DNA of 64,000 bases from Candidatus Limnocylindrus sp. ZSMar2m-chloro-G89 (GCA_003670475.1 QWRJ01000002.1:34240-98239); one strand, 5' to 3'. Numbered from the stretch's first letter, positions 39,814 to 48,232 are shown. Numbers and translations are program-made. Notes: generated by a model not told the origin, from the letters alone.

Positions 39814-40674
39814 CTATTCGGCAACAAAGCGGAAGCGATCGCGATCCGCAACAAGGTGGCCGACTGGTGCCGCTAGCTCATGGCTCTGCACGATGAGCCA
39901 ATGCTCTGCCGCAGCCTCGGCAAAGATTGCCGCCTTCGCATCAACGGAGACCCAGGCCGCGTCGTCAAACGCGGTCACCCAGCGAGGGTTCGCCTGCCAG
40001 GGACGCATGAAGAGGTCGCCCATGAAGAGCAGCGTCCGTTCGCTGCCACGCATGATCGTCGCCTGAGATCCAGGCGTATGCCCGCCAAGTAGACGCAGCT
40101 CAACCTGCGGGAGGAGTTGTCGTTCCGAGATGAACGGTTCCGGCTCCGATTCGGCAAAGAGCGCCTGCAGGAGCGGCGCATCGTAGGCGGCGCGGGCCCG
40201 CGCCGAACGACTCGCCACCGCATCAATCTCCGCCTGCGGCGCTACGATCGTCGCCTTCGGGAAGGCGGCGGCTCCGCTGCTGGTGACGAGGCCGCCAGCA
40301 TGGTCGCGATGCAGATGGCTTGGCAGGACGTAGCGCAGCGCATCTGGATCTATTCGCGCCGTAAGGAGCGCATCGCGCGCGCTCACGGAGTGCACCACCT
40401 CATCCTGCTGTGTGTTTCCTGCGGCGAGCATCCCGGTCTCGAGCAGCAGGTTTGCTTCACTAGTCTGGACATGGAGAAGGTTGAGCGACTGCAGCAGGCG
40501 TGACGCAGCATCAATCTCAGCGTGAACGAGCGACTCCCATGTGGTGCGCGGCACAGGGCCGAAGATGGCACCAGCATCGCTACGGAAGGTTCCGATCTGC
40601 AGGAGATCGACCGTCACCCCACCCAGATCAATACGGCGAGGTGGTTGCGGTCCACTCAACGGAGCGGCGCTCAT
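39814..40674 (-). CDS. MBL-fold metallo-hydrolase (lactonase-like)
   Basis: SHLHRDHAGG metal-binding motif. Confidence 0.65.
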   Translation of the reverse strand: MSAAPLSGPQPPRRIDLGGVTVDLLQIGTFRSDAGAIFGPVPRTTWESLVHAEIDAASRLLQSLNLLHVQTSEANLLLETGMLAAGNTQQDEVVHSVSARDALLTARIDPDALRYVLPSHLHRDHAGGLVTSSGAAAFPKATIVAPQAEIDAVASRSARARAAYDAPLLQALFAESEPEPFISERQLLPQVELRLLGGHTPGSQATIMRGSERTLLFMGDLFMRPWQANPRWVTAFDDAAWVSVDAKAAIFAEAAAEHWLIVQSHELAAPVGHLVADRDRFRFVAE

Positions 40675-40677
40675 CCC

Positions 40678-41271
40678 CTACGAGCGCTCGGTCTCACGTC
40701 GCGTGGCATCAAAGTCAACGTGGATGGCGGATGCGGTTGGCTCCGTCTGTCCCTGATAGCGACTGCGCAACTCCTTGCTGCCATATGGCTGATCCACGGT
40801 GCTTGACATGCGGTGGAAGGAGATCTGGCCGATCTTCATTCCGGGGTAGAGGGCGATCGGGAGTCGCGCAACGTTGCCGAGCTCAAGCGTCAGGTTTCCG
40901 ACCCAACCCGGATCAACGTATCCGGCGGTTGAGTGGATCAAGAGGCCGAGCCGACCGAGTGATGACTTCCCATCGAGTCGGCCGAGGAGTGCGTTGCCAA
41001 CACTGATCCGCTCAAGTGTCTGTCCTAAGACGAACTCACCTGGATGCAACATAAAGCGCTCACCTTCTCCCACTACCTCAAGGTCGGTGAGCTCCGGCTG
41101 ATCAGCACGCGGATCAATGTAGCCGTATCGGTTATTACGAAAGACACGGAAGGTGCGGTCAAGGTGCAGGTCAATTGAGGCTGGCTGCACATCGCGATCA
41201 TCAAACGGCTCGACCGCAATCTCGCCAGAGACGAGTGCAGCGCGCAGGTCGCGATCAGAGAGGACGCTCAC
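40678..41271 (-). CDS. dcd: dCTP deaminase
   Basis: Full-length Dcd similarity (ASIDLHLD..., dUTPase-like fold). Confidence 0.9.
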   Translation of the reverse strand: MSVLSDRDLRAALVSGEIAVEPFDDRDVQPASIDLHLDRTFRVFRNNRYGYIDPRADQPELTDLEVVGEGERFMLHPGEFVLGQTLERISVGNALLGRLDGKSSLGRLGLLIHSTAGYVDPGWVGNLTLELGNVARLPIALYPGMKIGQISFHRMSSTVDQPYGSKELRSRYQGQTEPTASAIHVDFDATRRETERS

Positions 41272-41774
41272 GCTTCGCTCTCCACAGAAGGTCGACGGCG
41301 GCGCTTTCCGCCACCGGCCCCCTTCTCCTCTACAAGCGTGTCCACTTCGCGCTTCAGGGTGGCGAGGTCCTCAAACGACTGGTAGACACTCGCGAATCGG
41401 ATATAGCCGATCTGATCAATCTCGCGCAGCGCCGCCATGGCGAGTGCGCCGATACGCGCCGTAGAGATCTCCGTTGATCCGCTAGCACGAATCTGCGCCT
41501 CAATCGCCTCCATTGCGCGCTCTGGCGCATCAACGGGGACTGGGCGACGTGCAAGTGCGGTGCGTAGGCCGTCGAGCAGCTTCAGCGCGTCGTACTCCTC
41601 GCGCAAACCGGAGCGCTTCACCACGTAGAGCTTGGCGAGTTCGGCGCGCTCATAGGTGGTGACGCGAGTGCCGCAGATACGGCAGGCACGGCGACGACGG
41701 ATGACGCTCCCCTCATCGAGGTCGCGTGAGTCCACCACCCGCGTGTCGGGCTCTTTGCAGGACGGACAGCGCAC
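41268..41774 (-). CDS. nrdR: Transcriptional repressor NrdR
   Basis: MRCPSCKEPDTRVVDSR zinc ribbon + ATP-cone. Confidence 0.9.
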   Translation of the reverse strand: MRCPSCKEPDTRVVDSRDLDEGSVIRRRRACRICGTRVTTYERAELAKLYVVKRSGLREEYDALKLLDGLRTALARRPVPVDAPERAMEAIEAQIRASGSTEISTARIGALAMAALREIDQIGYIRFASVYQSFEDLATLKREVDTLVEEKGAGGGKRRRRPSVESEA

Positions 41775-41870
41775 CCAGCCTCCTCGTCTCTCCCACCCAT
41801 TGTGGTGGTACGCCGAGTCTACACACGCTCTAGCGCCCCTGAGTAGCCCTGAGGGAGGCGCGACGTGCGC

Positions 41871-42374
41871 TCAGCCGTGGTCGAAAGGCCCTGCGATCGT
41901 CTCGCAGGCGTGCTCGAGCACCGGGAGAAGGATGGCGAGGCCGTCCCGAACGGCACCACTGCCGCCCGGCATGTTCACAATCAGACTGCCGCGCAGCACG
42001 CCTGCAACGCCGCGCGAGAGGATCGCCGCCGGTGTCTGCGAACGACCGAGCATGCGAATTGCTTCTGGAATGCCAGGGATCTCTCGCTCAAGGAGCGGCT
42101 TCGTTGCGTCTGGCGTCACATCACGCGGCGTCAGTCCCGTCCCGCCAGTGGTCAAGATGACGTTGACACTCCCCGCGCGTTCACTGAGTAGCGCACTGAT
42201 CTGGTCGCGCTCGTCGGGAACCGTTGCACGGGAGACCTCCCAGCCGTGCGCCTCCATCGCGGCGGCGGCAAGGGTCCCGGAGCGATCTTCGCGCGTCCCA
42301 GCGGAGACTGAGTCGCTCACCGTGACAATAAGGACGCTGCGCTTCTCGTCAGCCATCTCGCCTCCACGTGCCAC
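41871..42374 (-). CDS. mogA: Molybdenum cofactor biosynthesis protein MogA/MoaB
   Basis: TTGGTGLTPRD motif. Confidence 0.85.
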   Translation of the reverse strand: MARGGEMADEKRSVLIVTVSDSVSAGTREDRSGTLAAAAMEAHGWEVSRATVPDERDQISALLSERAGSVNVILTTGGTGLTPRDVTPDATKPLLEREIPGIPEAIRMLGRSQTPAAILSRGVAGVLRGSLIVNMPGGSGAVRDGLAILLPVLEHACETIAGPFDHG

Positions 42375-42834
42375 TCGCGCCGCCGGACTTCTCTAACAAC
42401 TGCGTTGGCCCAATGACCGCTCCGCGGTCAATCGCCTTGATCATGTCGTAGACGGTAAGCGCGGCAACTGAGGCGGCGGTGAGTGCCTCCATCTCTACTC
42501 CCGTCTGTCCGGTGCAGTGCACCTCGGCACGGATCGTTACCGCACCAGCGACACGATCCACCGAACAGTCAACCTGCACCAGTGAGAGGGCGAGTGGGTG
42601 GCAGAGTGGGATCAGCTCGGCGGTGCGCTTCGCCGCCTGGACGCCGGCGAGTTCGGCGGTGCTGAGGACCGCACCCTTCGGTGTCTCTTTGCGCTCAATC
42701 AGATCAAGTACTTCGCTGGAGACGGTAACGCGGCTCTCAGCAACGGCGCGCCGATCGGTGATGGGCTTTGCGCCAACATCAACCATCGTCGCGCGCCCGT
42801 CAGCGCCAACATGCGTGAGGCGTCGCTCTTCCAT
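42349..42834 (-). CDS. moaC: Cyclic pyranopterin monophosphate synthase accessory protein MoaC
   Basis: LTHVGADGRATMVDVGAK...LIPLCHPL MoaC motifs. Confidence 0.9.
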   Translation of the reverse strand: MEERRLTHVGADGRATMVDVGAKPITDRRAVAESRVTVSSEVLDLIERKETPKGAVLSTAELAGVQAAKRTAELIPLCHPLALSLVQVDCSVDRVAGAVTIRAEVHCTGQTGVEMEALTAASVAALTVYDMIKAIDRGAVIGPTQLLEKSGGASGTWRRDG

Positions 42835-42843
42835 GCGCTGATC

Positions 42844-44274
42844 CTAGCCGTTTGGCGCGGTGATGCGACGTGATGCGCGCGGAAGTGGATGCAGCTCAAT
42901 CGCTTCGCCAGCGGCGTATTCGCCGACCTCTTCTGGCACGACCCCCAAATAGTCGGTCCGCGCCAGCACTGAGACCTGATGGCTCCCCTGCTCCCCTGCC
43001 AGTCGTACCCGCACGCGACCTGAAGGATCGTGCAGCGGTGCACCATCTTCATCGCGGAGTGCAGCGAGGCGAAGGAAGGAGCGCCTCCCAAGCGGACTCT
43101 CGACGCGCTCCTCAAGCAGTCCCACAGCTCGTAGCCCGCGTGCCGGTCGTCCAGCAAGCGCCCGAAGGAGTGGGAGCGCAACCTCAACGCCTACGACAAA
43201 CGCACTCACCGGATTCCCAGGGAGGCCGATTGCCCAGAGTGCACCGTCGCCACCAGCGCGCCGTCGACCGAGGAGCAGTGGCTTCCCCGGCTGAATTGCA
43301 AGGCGCCAGACGACCAACTCAAAATGCGTTGCGAGCGCTGCACCAACATGATCGTGCGCCCCCACGCTGACTCCTCCTGTTGTCACCAGGAGGTCAGCCT
43401 GCGCGGCGAGCGCCGCAACGACCGCGCCGGTTGCCTCCGCCGTATCGCCAACATGTGCACGCGCAACAACCTCGCCCCCTTCGGCGGCAATCAGCGCAGC
43501 GAGAGCGGGGCCATTACTGTCGCGAATTCCTCCATCAGCCGCGTTGTTGAGCAGTTCGTCGCCTGTCGTTAGAAGCGCAACCCTTGGTCGCCGCACCAGG
43601 GAGAGATCCGCTGCGCCACTCGAAAAGATGACGGCGAGCAGCCCAGCATCAATAGCTGCACCAGCTTCAGCGAGAAGACTCCCCACGCGCTGATCCTCAC
43701 CGCGTCGGCGAATGTGCGCACCGACTTTGACGCCACCGCTCACCCATACATGCGCTGGAAGCTGCGCTGGGACGCGCTGCAGTAGTACTCCGCCGCGATC
43801 TGGATCCGCGATGCTGCTCCGCTCCACAGGGATCACCGTCGTGCCGCCTTGTGGAATCGGTGCTCCAGTTGCGATGCGCTGACACTCCCCATCGCGCAGC
43901 GGCGTGGCACTGAGTGCGTGACCTGCAGCCGCATCTCCAACACAGGTCAATCGGCGCGGTGCGCCGCTGGACGCTTCAGCTGCATCAGCCAACGTCGTAA
44001 CCCAGCCATCCATTGCCGAAACATCAAATGGGGGGTGATCAACAGCCGCGCAGAGCGGCTCGGCGAGCGTCCGCCCGATCAGCGAGGCGGCCGTCTCATC
44101 GCTGACTGCGATTCGCTCCGCAGGGAGCGGCGTGACCTGCGCCAAGAGGCGGACAAGAAGATCGTCAATCCGCTCAAGCTCCGCTGGAACCGGCTCGCTC
44201 ACTGCAGGCTCTGGAGCAGAAGGATTGAGGCGATCGCTCCGAGCGGTGCGTTGAGCCAGAGGAATCGGCGCCAT
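42844..44274 (-). CDS. moeA: Molybdopterin molybdenumtransferase MoeA (true start probably about 30 codons inside the ORF)
   Basis: MoeA domains incl. MogA-like central domain TTGGVSVGAHD; ORF-track start would overlap the upstream gene by 76 nt. Confidence 0.85.
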   Translation of the reverse strand: MAPIPLAQRTARSDRLNPSAPEPAVSEPVPAELERIDDLLVRLLAQVTPLPAERIAVSDETAASLIGRTLAEPLCAAVDHPPFDVSAMDGWVTTLADAAEASSGAPRRLTCVGDAAAGHALSATPLRDGECQRIATGAPIPQGGTTVIPVERSSIADPDRGGVLLQRVPAQLPAHVWVSGGVKVGAHIRRRGEDQRVGSLLAEAGAAIDAGLLAVIFSSGAADLSLVRRPRVALLTTGDELLNNAADGGIRDSNGPALAALIAAEGGEVVARAHVGDTAEATGAVVAALAAQADLLVTTGGVSVGAHDHVGAALATHFELVVWRLAIQPGKPLLLGRRRAGGDGALWAIGLPGNPVSAFVVGVEVALPLLRALAGRPARGLRAVGLLEERVESPLGRRSFLRLAALRDEDGAPLHDPSGRVRVRLAGEQGSHQVSVLARTDYLGVVPEEVGEYAAGEAIELHPLPRASRRITAPNG

Positions 44275-45743
44275 GCAGCACGGGCCGCCCCCCAGTTTGG
44301 CCTCCCACGAAGAAGTGGGAGCACCGAGCAGCCGCTTGCGATCGGAATAGCCGCAGCGAGCTGCATCAGCACGGACGGCTGAGCCAAGAGTGGCAGCGCG
44401 GCGAGCAGATAGGCCAGCAGAATCACCCGCGAGGTGCGGCGCTCCCCAAGCAGTGTTGCGACTGTGGCAATCCCGCTTCGCTTGTCAGCCGACACATCTT
44501 GCAGCGCACCAAGCGCATGGCTCGCAACGCCCCAGAGCGCAAGCGCCAGAAGCGGCGCAATCCACGCCGAATCCAGCGTGACGCCGAGGAGGAGCCCTGC
44601 GATCGGCGGGATCAGGAAGTGTATTGAGGAGACAACGGAGTCAAGGAGCGGGACCGCACGCGCCCGTACGAACCAAGGAGCGCTGTAGAGCGTTGCAAAG
44701 AGGATCGCAATGAGCGGCATAAGGTTCGCCGGCGCAGGGAGGGCGATCGCCATAATCAGCGCTGGCACCAGACCTGCAGCCACGAGTGCAACGCGAAGTG
44801 GAGCGAGGTCGCGCCCGCGAAGGAGCGCACCCTCCGCACCACCCTTGCGCGGATTTGCCGCGTCACTGGCACGGTCATAAAGATCATTGATGCCGTAGAG
44901 GTAGAGGTTGTACCCAGCTCCCCACCAGAGGATCGGAGCAAGCAGCCATCCGCCGAGCGCCTCCCCAGCACCGGCCGCAAGCACGCCTCCAACGAATGGG
45001 AGCGCGGTGTTCACCCAGGAGATTGGCCGCGCAGCGAGGAAGATCCTCCATGCGCTCCCCTCCCCTAGCAGCACCTCTGCACGCAAGCGCAACGCCACAC
45101 CTGCGAGCCCGACGGCATAAAGAAGATCCTCGACCGGCGCTGTGCCAAGCAAGACGCCACTACGTGGCTCCCCTGGATACGTCAGCACTCCTAGGTAGCA
45201 GAGCACGTTATCGAAGATCAGTGTCAACACGATGAAGACGAACGCAGCGACGCGCGTACCATGATCGCGCCGCAGTAGTTGCGCAGCAAGCGCCACCCCC
45301 GCTCCAGCAAGCACTCCAGCTGCAACGCTGTATTCAGCACCACTCAGGATCGCCAGCAGCAACCCGCCACTCAGTGCGCCAATGCAGGCATCAAACACGC
45401 CACGGCGAAGTCCCAGTGTGACGCGACTCGCAACCCTCCCCTTCCCGAAGGCATCCGCAACAACCACAAGGAGTGATGTGATGCCGAAGAGGAGGAGTGG
45501 CTCTTCAATTGGGAACCCGCGACCGAGAGGGCCAGCGCCAGGGAGGGAGAGTGCCGTTGCGCTAGAAGGAGTCGCAAACCATCCCCGCGCGAGCCCAACC
45601 GTATCTACGAGCAGAAAGCCAATTGTCGTTGCGATCACAACTGGAAGAAGCACGTCGCGTCGCATCTGCCGACTCCAGCGCAGCGCAAGGCCACGGATGC
45701 CAACGATCGAGCCGATGATCGAAAGCAGATAGAGCGCGCTCAT
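44199..45743 (-). CDS. Fusion protein: two lycopene-cyclase-domain (CrtYcd-like) repeats + UbiA-family prenyltransferase; candidate carotenoid elongase/cyclase
   Basis: PxE(E/D) cyclase-domain motifs (GFPIEEPLLLFG; APVEDLLYAVG) in two N-terminal 3-TM repeats; UbiA Asp-rich motifs NDLYDRASD and DVSADKRSGIAT in the C-terminal half. Confidence 0.65.
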   Translation of the reverse strand: MSALYLLSIIGSIVGIRGLALRWSRQMRRDVLLPVVIATTIGFLLVDTVGLARGWFATPSSATALSLPGAGPLGRGFPIEEPLLLFGITSLLVVVADAFGKGRVASRVTLGLRRGVFDACIGALSGGLLLAILSGAEYSVAAGVLAGAGVALAAQLLRRDHGTRVAAFVFIVLTLIFDNVLCYLGVLTYPGEPRSGVLLGTAPVEDLLYAVGLAGVALRLRAEVLLGEGSAWRIFLAARPISWVNTALPFVGGVLAAGAGEALGGWLLAPILWWGAGYNLYLYGINDLYDRASDAANPRKGGAEGALLRGRDLAPLRVALVAAGLVPALIMAIALPAPANLMPLIAILFATLYSAPWFVRARAVPLLDSVVSSIHFLIPPIAGLLLGVTLDSAWIAPLLALALWGVASHALGALQDVSADKRSGIATVATLLGERRTSRVILLAYLLAALPLLAQPSVLMQLAAAIPIASGCSVLPLLRGRPNWGAARAAWRRFLWLNAPLGAIASILLLQSLQ

Positions 45744-46490
45744 CTATCGCCTCCGTCGTCGTGCGGCACGAAAGCCGGCCGCCGCGGTAACGACTAGCAC
45801 GGCACAGAATCCGATCGCTGCCGCCACCCAGAAGGTTTCGGGGTAGAGCCGCACCAGGCGATCCGTTGCAGGATTAAATGTCCAGGTCCCTGCTGGGAAG
45901 AGCAGCTGATGTGCTGCGGTGAACGTTGCATCAAAGGCGAAGAGGAAGGCGCCTCCAACGAGCGCAGCTCCCGCACCAAGCAGCACCGCTCCATCGCGAA
46001 CCCCTCGCAGCACCCATCGTCTTCGTCGAATGGCGAGCACTGAGAGAAGAGCAAGCGCACCTGCGCCGAAAAGAACGAGTCCGCGAAAGAGCAGACCGAC
46101 ATCCACAAGGTGCGAGCGTTCAGCAGCGCTCAAGAAGATCTCGTCGCCCAGTTGTGCGTCAAAGGCTCCACCGAAGAGGAGATCGCGTACCAGCGCATCA
46201 GAGAGCGCATACGCAGTCGGTGCTTCAACGCCGAGAAGGGCGGGGGCGCTCGCAAGGTCGAGCAGCGCATGGACGACGGGTGGAAGAAGGAAGAGGAGTA
46301 GCGTGAGGGCGAGCAGCGCAACCAGTACCGCAACGGCCAGCAGCGCTCGCCGCGCTACGCGGCGCAACGCTTTCACGCGTCGACGAGGACGCGACCCTGC
46401 TCCCACCATGACCTGACTGAGAGGGGATCTGGCGCAACTCGTCCAAGCAGCACTGCCGCTCGCGTTACCGCAGCCTGAAAGTCTCCCCAC
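45744..46490 (-). CDS. 4-TM integral membrane protein of unknown function (possibly DUF1461/TIGR01906-like)
   Basis: Four predicted hydrophobic helices; stop abuts the start of the downstream fusion gene. Confidence 0.45.
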   Translation of the reverse strand: MGRLSGCGNASGSAAWTSCARSPLSQVMVGAGSRPRRRVKALRRVARRALLAVAVLVALLALTLLLFLLPPVVHALLDLASAPALLGVEAPTAYALSDALVRDLLFGGAFDAQLGDEIFLSAAERSHLVDVGLLFRGLVLFGAGALALLSVLAIRRRRWVLRGVRDGAVLLGAGAALVGGAFLFAFDATFTAAHQLLFPAGTWTFNPATDRLVRLYPETFWVAAAIGFCAVLVVTAAAGFRAARRRRR

Positions 46491-46762
46491 TCGCTCTCCG
46501 CGAGTACCTGGATCCCGGGGTAACCCGCCGCTGCGAGCAACTGATGTTCCGATGGGCCGAAGAAGGCAAGATTCAGGAGCAGCGCTTCATCACGCCACTC
46601 GCCAACATCGGCAAGGGAGGCGTCGGTCTGGTCGGCGAGGGTCTGGCGACGCGTTGGCGTCTCGCTCCGTTCAAGGAGGAGGCCCGTCGTGAAGATCCCC
46701 TGCGCCTCAAGGCGCGCGAGGTGGACCGGCTCAATGCGGGTGAGCTGAACGATCGCTGGCAT
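46373..46762 (-). CDS. Small soluble protein, tentatively DUF4332 (tandem HhH-like repeats)
   Basis: MPAIVQLTRIEPVHLARLEAQGIFTTGLLLE and LNLAFFGPSEHQLLAAAGYPGIQVLAE repeat pattern; start placed at internal Met. Confidence 0.4.
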   Translation of the reverse strand: MPAIVQLTRIEPVHLARLEAQGIFTTGLLLERSETPTRRQTLADQTDASLADVGEWRDEALLLNLAFFGPSEHQLLAAAGYPGIQVLAESEWGDFQAAVTRAAVLLGRVAPDPLSVRSWWEQGRVLVDA

Positions 46763-46863
46763 CAGTACCTCCTCGCGGCATCGTAGCGCCTCCCCCCTCA
46801 CAGGCGTGCCGAGGTGGGCAAATTGTTACAATCACCAGCCTGCGCAACGCCTCGGGGGCAACG

Positions 46864-46891
46864 CGAAACTTTCGGTCGTTTGCGCCATAAT
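46864..46891 (+). promoter_or_regulatory. Putative rhodopsin promoter: 11-bp palindrome CGAAACTTTCG at the -35 position + CATAAT -10
   Basis: Palindrome at about 46864-46874, CATAAT at about 46886-46891, about 45 nt upstream of the rhodopsin ATG. Confidence 0.3.
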
Positions 46892-46936
46892 CAGCCCAGC
46901 GGTGCGTTGTGCCGTAAACAAGGTTAGGGAGGGTCA

Positions 46937-47680
46937 ATGAGTCCAGAGATGGGATATCAGTTGGTCTATAACTTTATGTCCCTCGCCATCGCGGCGATGG
47001 GTGCGAGCTTCTTCTTCTTCGTCTCCGCAAGGGGATCGCTGAAGGAAGGGAACCGCATGGCAGTCACGCTGTCAGCCACTGTTGTGCTGATCGCGTTCTA
47101 TCACTACGTCCGCATCTTCGACTCGTGGGTCGCCACGGCGGGTGTCGGAAATCCAGGCGCGTTCAACGAGGGCTACCGCTACGTTGACTGGCTCCTCACG
47201 GTGCCACTCCTCGTCGCAGAGTTGATCCTCGTCCTTCGCTTGGACAAGAAGGTTGAGAGCAAGCTGATCCAGCGAAATGTGCTCTACGCCTTCCTCATGA
47301 TCGCAACCGGATACATCGGCGAGCTGGATGTCCAGACCTCCGTGGTTCTTGACTCCTCACGCACGATCTGGGGCGCTATCAGCACGATCTTCTTCGTCCT
47401 GATCCTGCGCGACCTCTTCGGTGGCATCGAGGCCTCCTTCAAGAGGCAGAGCAAGGAGATCCAGGGGATCTTCAAGGTACTTCGCGTTGTGCTTATCGCC
47501 ACGTGGGGTGTCTACCCAATCGCCTATCTCCTTCCAACGATTTCGACCAGCCTCGGCCTGACGGCTGGGGACGGCCTCGTGCTAAAGCAGATTGGTTACA
47601 CGATCGCGGACATCCTGGCGAAGCCAGGCTACGGTCTCCTCATTTGGAAGATCGCAACCCTGAAGAACTCAGGCCGCTAA
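46937..47680 (+). CDS. Type-1 microbial rhodopsin, DTE motif (predicted light-driven outward proton pump), xanthorhodopsin-like antenna-site Gly
   Basis: Helix C RYVDWLLTVPLLVAE (D84/T88/E95); helix G DILAK (D225, Schiff-base K229); retinal pocket WGVYP; W145-G146 where bR has W137-W138; 7 TM helices; GGGAGGG SD. Confidence 0.85.
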   Translation: MSPEMGYQLVYNFMSLAIAAMGASFFFFVSARGSLKEGNRMAVTLSATVVLIAFYHYVRIFDSWVATAGVGNPGAFNEGYRYVDWLLTVPLLVAELILVLRLDKKVESKLIQRNVLYAFLMIATGYIGELDVQTSVVLDSSRTIWGAISTIFFVLILRDLFGGIEASFKRQSKEIQGIFKVLRVVLIATWGVYPIAYLLPTISTSLGLTAGDGLVLKQIGYTIADILAKPGYGLLIWKIATLKNSGR

Positions 47681-47715
47681 ATCGATCAAACACGCGACTC
47701 GTGTCGCGTAGAGAA

Positions 47716-47745
47716 GGCCCGGGGGAGACCCCGGGCCTTTTCATT
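47716..47745 (+). terminator. Strong Rho-independent terminator after the rhodopsin gene
   Basis: GGCCCGGGG-GAGA-CCCCGGGCC followed by TTTTCATTT. Confidence 0.7.
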
Positions 47746-47792
47746 TCCTGCCGATGCTGGGGCTTGAGCACGCCACGCGCTACGCTGCGGCT

Positions 47793-48071
47793 ATGTCGCA
47801 GCAGAAGAATCCGACGCAGGCCCGCTTCCGAGTGCGCTGGCGCTACTTCGTCACACTAGCCTCCCTCTGCGCGGTGGCTGCCGTGTTTCCGATCCTTCTC
47901 GTTGCCGCGCACTTCACACTCAACGGCTTCAAAGGGAACGCGTTTGATGAGAACGGCTACGGCGTATTCCTATGGCTCCTCATCATCACCGTGCCGTTTA
48001 GCATCGCTGCCTTCGTGCTCGGCACCATCGTCGGTGCGCTCGTTGAGATCGTGCGCTACATACGCCGATAA
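47793..48071 (+). CDS. Small 2-TM hypothetical membrane protein
   Basis: ORF with two hydrophobic helices; no recognisable family. Confidence 0.35.
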   Translation: MSQQKNPTQARFRVRWRYFVTLASLCAVAAVFPILLVAAHFTLNGFKGNAFDENGYGVFLWLLIITVPFSIAAFVLGTIVGALVEIVRYIRR

Positions 48072-48127
48072 CTGCACGTATTGGGTTGAATCTGTTGCTT
48101 CGCATTCGAGCGGAGCAGTGGTCGGAG

Positions 48128-48204
48128 CGACAGGATTTGAACCTGCGACCTCTTGCCCCCCAGGCAAGCGCGCTACCAAGCTGCGCTACGCTCCGTTCGA
48201 TTTG
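48128..48204 (-). tRNA. tRNA-Pro (anticodon GGG), CCA encoded
   Basis: Minus strand CGGAGCGTAGCGCAGCTTGGTAGCGCGCTTGCCTGGGGGGCAAGAGGTCGCAGGTTCAAATCCTGTCGCTCCGACCA. Confidence 0.8.
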
Positions 48205-48232
48205 TGAGCCGGGATTCTAGCAGCGCTCGTGG

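Noticed and set aside
41775-41870. Repeated CCTGAG elements and a GCGCC...GGCGC inverted repeat upstream of nrdR as possible NrdR boxes or a terminator
   Set aside because: NrdR boxes are normally at nrd operons, not nrdR itself, and no U-tract follows the stem; too weak to call.
46937-47680. Considered heliorhodopsin or a sensory rhodopsin instead of a pump
   Set aside because: The helix C RYxDWLLTxP with D/T/E and DxxxK in helix G are type-1 pump signatures. Heliorhodopsins lack these motifs and have inverted topology, and no transducer gene is adjacent.
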